Assembly: GCA_028693335.1 (NCBI GenBank)
Contig: JAQUVR010000005.1
Location: forward strand, 1 to 15,168
Length of the DNA stretch: 15,168 nucleotides
DNA from: Candidatus Iainarchaeum sp.
Lineage (GTDB): Archaea > Iainarchaeota > Iainarchaeia > Iainarchaeales > CSSED10-239
Direction: 5' to 3'
Part shown: positions 6,248 to 14,436 of the stretch, one piece after another
Layout: each line of letters starts with the position of its first letter
Position numbering within the stretch: position 1 is the first letter of the stretch
Position numbers and translations under genes: made by a program
The notes under the pieces: generated by a model
Seen by the model: only the letters and a program-made list of their open reading frames with translations
Databases searched by the model: none
What the model was told of the DNA's origin: nothing

Positions 6248-6511
6248 ATGAAAAGATCTAAATCTAATTCTATGTTTTTTAAATCAAGATCAAGAACTCT
6301 AAGCTATAAAGAATCAACAAGAGAAAAGATTCGTGAATCTGATGGCATCATTTCTGATTTTTTAAAATTATCTTCTTGCAATCTAAACCTAATTTCTAGA
6401 AATAATTACACAATAAAAAAACTAGGTAAAACACCATTGACATCAACAAATAGTACGGCAAGATACTTAATTGAAATTAAAAAAGACAGGCTATTAAAAA
6501 ATATTTTGTAA
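6248..6511 (+). CDS. N-terminal fragment (N-lobe) of a Bud32/RIO-like atypical protein kinase; probably part of one gene with 6481-7107
   Basis: 87-aa ORF. YTIKKLGKTPLTSTNSTARYLIEIKK resembles a kinase G-loop strand followed by the beta-3 lysine strand. The ORF stops at 6509-6511, but the -1 frame is already open from 6481. See the finding covering 6248-7107. Confidence 0.4.
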   Translation: MKRSKSNSMFFKSRSRTLSYKESTREKIRESDGIISDFLKLSSCNLNLISRNNYTIKKLGKTPLTSTNSTARYLIEIKKDRLLKNIL

Positions 6512-6564
6512 AAGAATTAGATGCTAATGAACTTTTAAATAGACCATTAACTAAAGATTCATTA

Positions 6565-7107
6565 GTGCCTTATTTGATATCAGACTATGGGCACAAAGGT
6601 TTTCTTGGAATGGATGGGTATAGTGAAGCAATGGCTGCAAGAATTCTTAAAAGATCTAATCTAATTGGATTAAGATCTAAAACCGAACTTGGAAAAAGAT
6701 TTAGAGTATTAGAACCTAGGTTTTCATATACCTCATCACAAACAAAAAAAAGTTTTGTAGTTTATGATTTTTTAAATTTTAAGACTGTTTATGAAATGTA
6801 CAGATCTGGAGAAATAACTCTTAAAGAGCATGGACAAATTTCAAGTTTTCTTTCGGATCTAAGATTAAAAGCAAATGAATTTATTAAACAAAATCATAAA
6901 AAATTAGGTCTATCTTCAGAGAATAATTCTTTATTTGATCTAACTACGAAAAATTTATTTTATGATCCAAAAACTAAAATGTACTATATATTTGATGTGA
7001 TGATTTCTGGGCAATTAGATATTTCTTTAATCCAGTATAGACGAAAGTTAAATAAAACAGAAACACCTGCTTCTAAAAAAGATGGTTGGCAGTATAATTT
7101 AGAATAA
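6565..7107 (+). CDS. C-terminal part of a Bud32/RIO-like atypical protein kinase; frame open from 6481, no ATG start, track start is GTG 6565
   Basis: Catalytic-loop-like DLTTKN at 6937-6954 (Bud32 has DLTTSN) and YYIFDV with Asp at 6994-6996 (Bud32 has yiIDFG). The same frame upstream of the GTG encodes KKYFVKELDANELLNR at 6496-6543. That matches the Bud32 K-x-Y-x-x-x-x-LD-x-N-x-x-x-x-R segment, so coding very likely begins before 6565. Confidence 0.5.
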   Translation: MPYLISDYGHKGFLGMDGYSEAMAARILKRSNLIGLRSKTELGKRFRVLEPRFSYTSSQTKKSFVVYDFLNFKTVYEMYRSGEITLKEHGQISSFLSDLRLKANEFIKQNHKKLGLSSENNSLFDLTTKNLFYDPKTKMYYIFDVMISGQLDISLIQYRRKLNKTETPASKKDGWQYNLE

Positions 7108-7180
7108 TTTTGTTTTTATAAAAATAATTTACTATATAAATATTTAGGTACTAAATTATTTTAGATCAATAAAAAATATT

Positions 7181-7255
7181 GCTCGGATAGTGTAGCCCGG
7201 TCCATCACATCAGACTCTCACTCTGATAACGCGGGTCCGAATCCCGCTTCGAGCA
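7181..7255 (+). tRNA. tRNA-Glu (anticodon CTC)
   Basis: 75-nt cloverleaf folded by hand. The acceptor stem is GCTCGGA/TTCGAGC and the D stem GTGT/TCAC with an 11-nt loop. Anticodon stem TCAGA/TCTGA carries loop CTCTCAC. The variable loop is 4 nt, the T arm GCGGG-TCCGAAT-CCCGC, and the discriminator A. No CCA and no intron. Confidence 0.92.
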
Positions 7256-7266
7256 TTTTTTTTTTT
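7256..7266 (+). terminator. T11 oligo-T terminator immediately after tRNA-Glu
   Basis: Eleven consecutive T residues begin at the base after the discriminator. This is the classic archaeal termination signal. Confidence 0.6.
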
Positions 7267-7325
7267 AAAAAGAATGTGAAATAAAAGATCAATTATTTAA
7301 AAAAATATTAAAATACAAATCAACT

Positions 7326-8741
7326 ATGAATCACATTCTAATTCTTTTATTGATTTTTTTAATTAGCACAGCGTTAACTATTTTTTTAATATTAAAAAAA
7401 CCAACATTTAATTTTAAACTAGCTAACAAAGAATATCAAATAGAAAGTTATTTTTTTGGAGCAATGCTTGGTCCAATATTAATAATTTTATTTAAGTTAT
7501 TAAAACTTATTGATCTAGAAACAGGAATAAAAGGAACAGCACAATTACAACCATTAGGAATTTTAATATTATTTTTGTCTATGGTGTTTATTAGTATTTT
7601 TTTAGATATTACTGGTTTTTTTGAATATTGTGCGAAAATGGCTTTAAAGATTTCAAAAAAAAGTGGATTAAAATTATTTATTTCTCTTTATGTTATTGTA
7701 TCTATTTTGACAATCTTTACTTCTAATGACATAGTAATTTTAACATTCACTCCGTTTGTTTATTATTTTACAAAAAACGCAAGAATTAATCCATTACCTT
7801 TTTTGATTGCAGAATTTTTTGCTGCAAATACTTGGAGTATGATGTTATTTATTGGAAACCCCACAAATATATTGTTAGCAACTGCTTTTAACATAAGTTT
7901 TGATAATTATTTAAAATGGATGTTTTTGCCAACAATTTTTGCGGGAATAACAAATTTTTTGTTGTTATATTTTATTTTTAAAAAAGAAATAAATAAAGAA
8001 ATTCAAGAAATAGATATTGGTAATCCAAAAGACGCAATAAAAGACAAGTTGGGGGTTTTTGTTGGATTAGTATCTTTGTTTTTTTGTATAGTGGTGCTTG
8101 CTTTTTCTCAATTATTGGGATTAAAAACATGGGTTGTTTCTGTAATTTTTGCTAGTGTTCTTTTAGGGTTTATAGTGGTAAGAGATCTCATTAAAATAAT
8201 TTTAAAAAAAAATAAAGAAAAAGAACAAATACACAAAAACTTGGACAAACACATAAAAGAATCAATAACAAAAGAAACATTAAATAAAATCCCTTGGAGT
8301 GTTGTGCCTTTTGTTTTATCTTTATTTATAACTGTTTATGCTTTAAATGTTTATGGCATAACAAAGATAATTGGAAATTATATAACTAGCTTAATAGGAT
8401 CAAATATTTTTTATAATATTTTTGCATTTGGATTTGGATCTGCGTTTGTTGCAAATATTTTAAACAATATTCCAATGAGTGTTGCTTTTGTTCCAATTAT
8501 TTCAACAATATCAGGATCTTTACAATTTTTTGTAACTTTGGCAGTTATTGTTGGATCAAATCTTGGAGCAAATATTACTCCAATTGGTGCACTTGCTGGA
8601 ATTATGTGGCTTGGGATATTAAAAAGCAAGGATTTTTCTATATCTTTTTTAACGTTTATTAAATATGGGTTTATAGTCACAATTGTTACATTATTTGTAA
8701 CATTACTGACTTTATTTTTAGAAATAATGATTTTTGTTTAA
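7326..8741 (+). CDS. ArsB/NhaD-superfamily ion transporter permease (arsenite/anion permease-like)
   Basis: 471-aa polytopic protein with two hydrophobic halves separated by a charged loop (KKNKEKEQIHKNLDKH). IFTSNDIVILTFTPF in the first half and ILNNIPMSVAFVPII in the second match the repeated hairpin motifs of the ArsB/NhaD (CitMHS-like) fold. Substrate unknown. Confidence 0.65.
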   Translation: MNHILILLLIFLISTALTIFLILKKPTFNFKLANKEYQIESYFFGAMLGPILIILFKLLKLIDLETGIKGTAQLQPLGILILFLSMVFISIFLDITGFFEYCAKMALKISKKSGLKLFISLYVIVSILTIFTSNDIVILTFTPFVYYFTKNARINPLPFLIAEFFAANTWSMMLFIGNPTNILLATAFNISFDNYLKWMFLPTIFAGITNFLLLYFIFKKEINKEIQEIDIGNPKDAIKDKLGVFVGLVSLFFCIVVLAFSQLLGLKTWVVSVIFASVLLGFIVVRDLIKIILKKNKEKEQIHKNLDKHIKESITKETLNKIPWSVVPFVLSLFITVYALNVYGITKIIGNYITSLIGSNIFYNIFAFGFGSAFVANILNNIPMSVAFVPIISTISGSLQFFVTLAVIVGSNLGANITPIGALAGIMWLGILKSKDFSISFLTFIKYGFIVTIVTLFVTLLTLFLEIMIFV

Positions 8742-8876
8742 TTTTTTTAATGAAAAATATTTTTTATTGCTTTAATTATATTTTAAATAGGCTTAAAAAT
8801 ATTATATTCTTTATATTTATTATATTTAATAGATAATAATATTTTATATATTTTTTAAATAAAAACAAGAACAATT

Positions 8877-10316
8877 ATGAGCACATTTAATCAAACAATC
8901 CAACAACAAAAAAAGGATTATAGATATTTTATTTTGGATGGTGTTTTTTGGGCTATAATGTACTATGTAAGTATAATTTTTCTAATTCCATATTTATTAA
9001 ATTTTGGGGCAACAAGTTTACAGATTGGATTATTACAAACTCTTCCAATTGTTATTGCTTCCTTTTTTGGTTTGTTTTCATATAGCTTATTAAAATACTT
9101 TAATTCAAAAAAACAAATGGTTGTAGTCTTTGCTATACTTCAAGCCTTTTTTTGGCTACCTTTAGCTTTTGCTGGATATCTATTTAATAATACTTTTATT
9201 ATTTGGTTAGTTATTTTTTTATACTCCTTAATACAAATAATGGAATATGCCCCTTTACCAGTTTATAGAGACTGGATTGGAAAAATTTTTGTAAAAAATA
9301 AAATTGTAACTTTTGTTGCGCAAAAACAAACAATAATGAATATTATTTCAATAATTCCCCTTCTTCTTGCAGGGTTTATGCTTGACACCATTACAAAAAC
9401 AAATGCTGCGTTAGGATTTACTTTAATATTTATTTCTGTTGGTTTCTTTAGATTTGCAAGTGCGATCTATTTAAGTAAAATGAGTAAAACAGAAACAAAA
9501 GAAGATATTTTAAAAGAAACAAAAAAAATGACAAAACCAGTTTTTAGTGTTTTTAAGAAAGTGGTTTTGAAGGATAGGAAGTTTTTGTATTTTTTGTTAG
9601 TTGTTTTTGCTTTGTATTTGAGTATGAATATTGCAAGTCCATACTATAGATTTTATTTTTTAGAAATCTTGCATCTTAATTATACAAATTATATTTTAAT
9701 TGAAATTTCATCAATTCTTGGACTAGTTTTTAGTCTTTATTACTGGGGCAATATATCTGATAAGTTTGGGACAACAAAAGTCTTAAAAGCAACAGTATTA
9801 TTTTTACCAATTTACCCATTGGCAGTAATTTTACTTGGAAGAAATATTTTAGGATTGTCTTTGCTTGGATTTTTTGATGGTGTTGTTGTTGCTGGTTTTA
9901 CAATTTCTATCTATGGTTATTTTTATCAAAATATAAAGACAGATATTATTCACCATCTTTCCTTTTTTGTAATCTTTCAATCTATTGCTGTGTTAATTGG
10001 TAGTATAATTGGAGGTGTAATATCTTCTAATAGTCTTTTTTGGTATCGTGGTATTCAAGCATATGGCTTGTTATTAATTTTTTACATTTCTTTTTGTCTA
10101 AGGACCTTTACAATAATTTATTTTACAAATATAAAAGATCAAGGGCTAGTTGCGGACAAAAAAAGCATAAGTCTTGCAAGGGGTATTGTTTTACAAGCAC
10201 CAGTTGTTTTTGGAATGAATAGATTAATTAATTATATTTCTAGAACTAGAAGTCATATTGATAGAAAAATATTAAAAAAATCAAAGAAAATCCTAAAAAA
10301 ATCTATGAAAAAGTAA
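8877..10316 (+). CDS. MFS-type transporter (major facilitator superfamily), substrate unknown
   Basis: 479 aa in two bundles of about six TM helices separated by a charged central loop (KMSKTETKEDILKETKKMTK). WGNISDKFGTTKVLK fits MFS motif A (G-x-x-x-D-[RK]-x-G-[RK]-[RK]) in the second half. The C-terminal tail is basic. Confidence 0.6.
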   Translation: MSTFNQTIQQQKKDYRYFILDGVFWAIMYYVSIIFLIPYLLNFGATSLQIGLLQTLPIVIASFFGLFSYSLLKYFNSKKQMVVVFAILQAFFWLPLAFAGYLFNNTFIIWLVIFLYSLIQIMEYAPLPVYRDWIGKIFVKNKIVTFVAQKQTIMNIISIIPLLLAGFMLDTITKTNAALGFTLIFISVGFFRFASAIYLSKMSKTETKEDILKETKKMTKPVFSVFKKVVLKDRKFLYFLLVVFALYLSMNIASPYYRFYFLEILHLNYTNYILIEISSILGLVFSLYYWGNISDKFGTTKVLKATVLFLPIYPLAVILLGRNILGLSLLGFFDGVVVAGFTISIYGYFYQNIKTDIIHHLSFFVIFQSIAVLIGSIIGGVISSNSLFWYRGIQAYGLLLIFYISFCLRTFTIIYFTNIKDQGLVADKKSISLARGIVLQAPVVFGMNRLINYISRTRSHIDRKILKKSKKILKKSMKK

Positions 10317-10634
10317 TTTTTTGATTTTATTGAGTACAGGAAGTCAACATATCATTTTATAAATGTTTGTGTATTAATATATTATATGCTCCTATTTATT
10401 TCTTATTTATCTATATCTATGAGACATAAAATAAAAAATATATTTTTATCTGTTTTTTTAATTGAAAAATATTTTTTGCTTGTCGATAGTGTAGACTATA
10501 TATCAAATAGAGCTGTTTTTAAAATTCAAAAAGGACTTGATCTTAATTAATTATAAGATTGAAAATTTGTATTTATAAATAAAAATTTATTAGCATTTAG
10601 AACCGATAACAAAAAAACAAAAATGGTGTGAAAT

Positions 10635-11054
10635 TTGGCAAAAATAGATTCTGATTTTGAAATGGTTGATGATGACCTGGAAATAAAAATAAAAGACGAA
10701 GAGGAAGAAGATTTAGATAAAGAAGAACCAATAGCCTTTGACACTATAGATGATGATTCTGAAGATGAACCAAAAGGTAGAGGCAGAAAAAAAAGAAAGA
10801 CTGGTAAGAGAGCAAGAAAGATTAAGGAAGAAATTAATCATAGCTATGTAGCAAAACATGAATTGTTATCCACAGAAGAAGTTGAAAAATTAATAGAGAG
10901 TGGAACAAGTCCAGAAGAATTACCAAAAATATTTACCGCAGATCCTGGAATTTGTCATTTAGAAATAAAACCAGGCGATGTTATTAGAATTACAAGAAAA
11001 AATCCACAAGTTGGAGATACGCTTTATTATAGAGTAGTTGTAAGTATTGATTAA
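10635..11054 (+). CDS. rpoH: DNA-directed RNA polymerase subunit H (Rpo5/RpoH) with an unusual N-terminal extension of about 67 aa
   Basis: The C-terminal 70 aa HSYVAKHELLSTEEVEKLIESGTSPEELPKIFTADPGICHLEIKPGDVIRITRKNPQVGDTLYYRVVV match the RpoH/Rpb5 C-domain consensus (H.lVPkHeiLs.eE...Ll....LPkI...DP......kpGDvvkI.R.S.taG....YR.Vv). It sits directly upstream of rpoB, as in other archaea. The track start is TTG at 10635, and an in-frame ATG lies at 10662. Confidence 0.88.
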   Translation: MAKIDSDFEMVDDDLEIKIKDEEEEDLDKEEPIAFDTIDDDSEDEPKGRGRKKRKTGKRARKIKEEINHSYVAKHELLSTEEVEKLIESGTSPEELPKIFTADPGICHLEIKPGDVIRITRKNPQVGDTLYYRVVVSID

Positions 11055-11084
11055 AATTAAAAAATAAAAAAGAGTGTTAGATTT

Positions 11085-12542
11085 ATGAAAGCAATAGATA
11101 AATGGCCAGTAGTTGAATCCTATTTTGAAAGATTTAGTCCAGTTCAACAACAAATTAATTCTTATAATCAATTTTTAGAAGAAAAAATTCCTGAAATTGT
11201 TGAAGAAAATGGATTTCTAAATTCCAGTAACAATGTTGATGTTACATTATCAAATATAGAGATTACAAATCCACAAATATCAGAAGCAGACAGAACCGCA
11301 AATCCAAAACTTATGCCAATGGATGCAAGACTTAGAAATTTAACTTATTCTGGATCTCTTTTCTTAGATATTAAGTTATACAGAAAAGGTGTTTTACAAG
11401 ATGAAAAAAGAGCATATGTTGGAGAATTACCAATATTAGTAAAATCAAAAAAATGTAATCTTTATGGATTAACTGCTCAAGAACTTATTGAGTCTGGAGA
11501 AGATCCAATGGATAGAGGTGGCTACTTAATTGTTAATGGTTCTGAAAAAGCATTGATTACTCAAGAAGTATTAGCACTTGATAGAATATTATTAAATGAC
11601 GATGAAGAAGTTGTAACTGCTCAAGTTATTTCAGTAAAAGGAGCTTTTAAAGGAAAAGTTAAAATTACAAGAACCCAAGACGGAATATTATCTGTTGTGT
11701 TTCCATCATCACCAAAAAAATTAGCAATAGTAGAATTACTTAATGCTTTGGGATTAAAAAAAAATCAAATATTAGATCAATTTCCAAAAGAGCAAATAAT
11801 TCAAAATGAAATATTACTAAATTTAGATAAAATAGAATGCCTTCCAGAAGAAGAAGCATTAGATAAAATAGGAAGAGCAGTTGCTCCTAGTCAAACAAGA
11901 TCATATAGATTAAGAAGAGCAAGAGAAGTAATAGATTCTTTCTTATTACCACACATTGGTCAAGATAGTCAAGATAGACAAACAAAAGCTTATTACTTAG
12001 TTGCGATGTCAACAAAAGTTATTGAAAAAGCATATAATTTAAGAGAACATGCAGATAAAGATCACTACGCCAATAAAAGACTAGAACTTTCTGGTAAATT
12101 AATGGAACACTTGTTTAGATTTGCATTTAAGAATTTTACAAAAGATCTAAAGTTCCAAATAGATAGAACAATATCAAGACATAGAAAATTAAATATTAAT
12201 ACAGTTATTAGACCAGACGCTATTACAGAAAAAATAATGTTCTCTGTAAGTACTGGTAACTGGATTGGACAATTAACAGGAGTAAGTAAATATATTTCTA
12301 GAGATAATTTTATTGCTCCAGTAACAGATCTAAGAAAAGTAAAATCAACATTAGATTCATCTAGAGAACTTTATGAAGCAAGAGATGTTCATGGAACCCA
12401 CTGGGGAAGACTTTGTCCAATTGAGACACCTGATGGACCTCATTGTGGTTTAACTAAAAATTTAGCGTTAATGGCTAGAATAACAACAGATACTGATACA
12501 ACACATATTAATAATGTGTTAAAAGAATCAGTAACAATATAA
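11085..12542 (+). CDS. rpoB2: DNA-directed RNA polymerase subunit B'' (N-terminal half of a split Rpo2/RpoB)
   Basis: 485 aa with hallmark Rpb2 N-terminal motifs MPMDARLRNLTYS, DRGGYLIVNGSEKALITQE, DHYANKRLELSG, and THWGRLCPIETPDGPHCGLTKNLAL at the C-terminus. The next gene continues the homology. Confidence 0.95.
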   Translation: MKAIDKWPVVESYFERFSPVQQQINSYNQFLEEKIPEIVEENGFLNSSNNVDVTLSNIEITNPQISEADRTANPKLMPMDARLRNLTYSGSLFLDIKLYRKGVLQDEKRAYVGELPILVKSKKCNLYGLTAQELIESGEDPMDRGGYLIVNGSEKALITQEVLALDRILLNDDEEVVTAQVISVKGAFKGKVKITRTQDGILSVVFPSSPKKLAIVELLNALGLKKNQILDQFPKEQIIQNEILLNLDKIECLPEEEALDKIGRAVAPSQTRSYRLRRAREVIDSFLLPHIGQDSQDRQTKAYYLVAMSTKVIEKAYNLREHADKDHYANKRLELSGKLMEHLFRFAFKNFTKDLKFQIDRTISRHRKLNINTVIRPDAITEKIMFSVSTGNWIGQLTGVSKYISRDNFIAPVTDLRKVKSTLDSSRELYEARDVHGTHWGRLCPIETPDGPHCGLTKNLALMARITTDTDTTHINNVLKESVTI

Positions 12543-12565
12543 AATTTTAAAAAATGTGAAAAAAG

Positions 12566-14392
12566 ATGGCAAAAAACACAATAAAAGCAAAAATTTATGT
12601 TAATGGTGGACTTGTTGGATTTCATGAGGATCCAGATAAATTAAGATTAGAGCTTATTAAGAAAAGAAGAACTGGTCAAATTAATCCTCAAATAAATATC
12701 TATTATAATGAAGTCACTAATGAAATTTATATTAACACAGATGCAGGAAGAGTTCAAAGACCATTAATTGTTGTTGATAAAGGAGTATCAAAATTAACTC
12801 CAGAAATTTTAGAAGAAATTAAAAATAAAAAATTATCTTGGGATGAGCTTGTTGGAAAAGGAGTGATTGAATTTCTAGATGCTGAAGAAGAAGAAAACGC
12901 TTATGTTGCATTAAATGAAGAAGAGTTAAGCGAAGATCATACTCATTTAGAAATATCAAGCACAGCAATATTTAGTATAATTACATCAATGGTTCCTTTT
13001 GTTGAGCACAACATGGCTGGTAAAGCAATTCACGGTGCTAAATTATTTAAACAAGCTATTGGTATTCCCTCTTCTAATTATAATTTAAGATTTGATACTG
13101 AAATGCATGTTTTATATTATCCACAAAGACCATTAGTATCAACAAGAACAGAAAAACTATTACAATTAGAAAAAAGACCAATGATTCAAAATGCAATTGT
13201 TGCTATTATGCCATTTAAGGGATTTAATATGACAGATGCTTTTGTTTTGAATAAGGCGTCTGTTGATAGAGCATATGGAAGATCTTCATATTTTAGATCT
13301 TATTCTGCTGTTGAAACTAGATATCCTTCTGGTCAAACAGATAAATTTATGACACCAACAGAAGATGCGTCTGGATTTAGAGGAGAAGATGCATATCTTA
13401 ATTTAGGAGAAGATGGTGTTGCAAATGTTGAAACACATGTAAAAGAGGGCGGAGTTATTATTGGTATGACATCTCCACCAAGATTTGTAGAAGAGGTTTC
13501 AGAATTTGGAGTTGTTACTGAAGAGAGAAGAGATACTTCTGTTTGTTCAAGAAAACATTTAGAAGGTTATATTGATAGAGTAATGATTAGTGAAACTATT
13601 GATGGAACAAAATTATGTAAAGTAAAAGTAAGAACATATCTTGAACCACAAGTTGGAGATAAATTTACATCACATCATGCGCAAAAAGGTGTTATTGGTG
13701 CAGTAATTAGAGAAGAGGATATGCCATTTACTGCTTCTGGAATTAAACCAGATGCAATATTAAGTCCACACTCAATTCCATCTAGAATGACTCTTGGTCA
13801 TTTGTTTGAAACTATTGGTGGTAAGGCTGTTGCTTTAAGTGGTAAGGATATTGATGGTACTGCATTTTACAATGATAAAGAAAGTATATTTAAAATTTTA
13901 AAAGAATATGGATTTAGACCAGATGGTAAAGAAATATTTTATGATGGACAAACTGGAGAAAAAATTGAAATGCCAATCTTTGTTGGTCCATTATCTTATG
14001 AAAGATTATTAAGTCACGTTGTTGTTAATAGAATACAAGCAAGAGACAAAGGCCCAGTACAATTATTAACAAGACAACCAACAGAAGGAAAGCAAAAAGG
14101 TGGAGGAATAAGATTCGGTGAAATGGAAGGCGAAGCATTAGTTGCTCATGGTGCTGCAATGACACTACATGAAAAATTAATGGATGATGCTGATGAAATG
14201 GATATCTTATTTTGTGAAGATTGTGGACTTCCTGCTGTTGATGATAAGATCACAAATAAAAAATATTGTAAGGTTTGTGGCGGAAGTAATGTACATTCAA
14301 TAAAGATCAGTTATGGATTTAAACTATTGTTAGACGAATTAAAGGCAATGGGTGTATATCCAAAGATTAATATTGGAGATAAAATTAATTAA
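12566..14392 (+). CDS. rpoB1: DNA-directed RNA polymerase subunit B' (C-terminal half of a split Rpo2/RpoB)
   Basis: 608 aa with GDKFTSHHAQKGVIG, SRMTLGHLFE, LSHVVVNRIQARDKGPVQLLTRQPTEGKQKGGGIRFGEMEGEAL, and a C-terminal zinc ribbon CEDCG...CKVCGG. Confidence 0.95.
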   Translation: MAKNTIKAKIYVNGGLVGFHEDPDKLRLELIKKRRTGQINPQINIYYNEVTNEIYINTDAGRVQRPLIVVDKGVSKLTPEILEEIKNKKLSWDELVGKGVIEFLDAEEEENAYVALNEEELSEDHTHLEISSTAIFSIITSMVPFVEHNMAGKAIHGAKLFKQAIGIPSSNYNLRFDTEMHVLYYPQRPLVSTRTEKLLQLEKRPMIQNAIVAIMPFKGFNMTDAFVLNKASVDRAYGRSSYFRSYSAVETRYPSGQTDKFMTPTEDASGFRGEDAYLNLGEDGVANVETHVKEGGVIIGMTSPPRFVEEVSEFGVVTEERRDTSVCSRKHLEGYIDRVMISETIDGTKLCKVKVRTYLEPQVGDKFTSHHAQKGVIGAVIREEDMPFTASGIKPDAILSPHSIPSRMTLGHLFETIGGKAVALSGKDIDGTAFYNDKESIFKILKEYGFRPDGKEIFYDGQTGEKIEMPIFVGPLSYERLLSHVVVNRIQARDKGPVQLLTRQPTEGKQKGGGIRFGEMEGEALVAHGAAMTLHEKLMDDADEMDILFCEDCGLPAVDDKITNKKYCKVCGGSNVHSIKISYGFKLLLDELKAMGVYPKINIGDKIN

Positions 14393-14436
14393 GTTCAAAA
14401 AAACAGAATTATAAAAATTATTAAAGGATGAAAATA

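Noticed and set aside
8411-8680. 89-aa minus-strand ORF inside the ArsB-like permease gene
   Set aside because: It is antisense to a 471-aa transporter with recognisable repeated motifs.
10040-10222. 60-aa + strand ORF in another frame of the MFS gene
   Set aside because: It is an out-of-frame overlap with a long, coherent TM protein, and it is Cys/Ser/Phe-rich nonsense.
10478-10513. Reading GCTTGTCGATAGTGTAGACTATATATCAAATAGAGC as a Nanoarchaeum-type split tRNA 5' half or a complete tRNA
   Set aside because: After the acceptor-like and GATAGTGTAG segments there is no D-stem closure, no anticodon stem and no GC-rich bridging sequence. The local hairpin TAGT/ACTA has only a 4-nt loop. I kept it only as a low-interest repeat observation.
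10572-10581. TATA-like TTTATAAATA as the RNAP operon promoter
   Set aside because: It is plausible, sitting about 55-80 nt upstream of the candidate rpoH starts. Similar strings occur many times in the 318-nt AT-rich spacer, so no single one can be supported from sequence alone.
10547-10744. 65-aa minus-strand ORF across the rpoH start region
   Set aside because: Its Ser-rich low-complexity sequence is the mirror of the GAA/GAT-rich acidic block of rpoH, so it is a shadow ORF.
10959-11171. 70-aa minus-strand ORF spanning the rpoH-rpoB'' junction
   Set aside because: It is antisense to two highly conserved RNAP genes.
12440-12625. 61-aa minus-strand ORF spanning the rpoB''-rpoB' junction
   Set aside because: It is antisense to conserved RNAP coding sequence.
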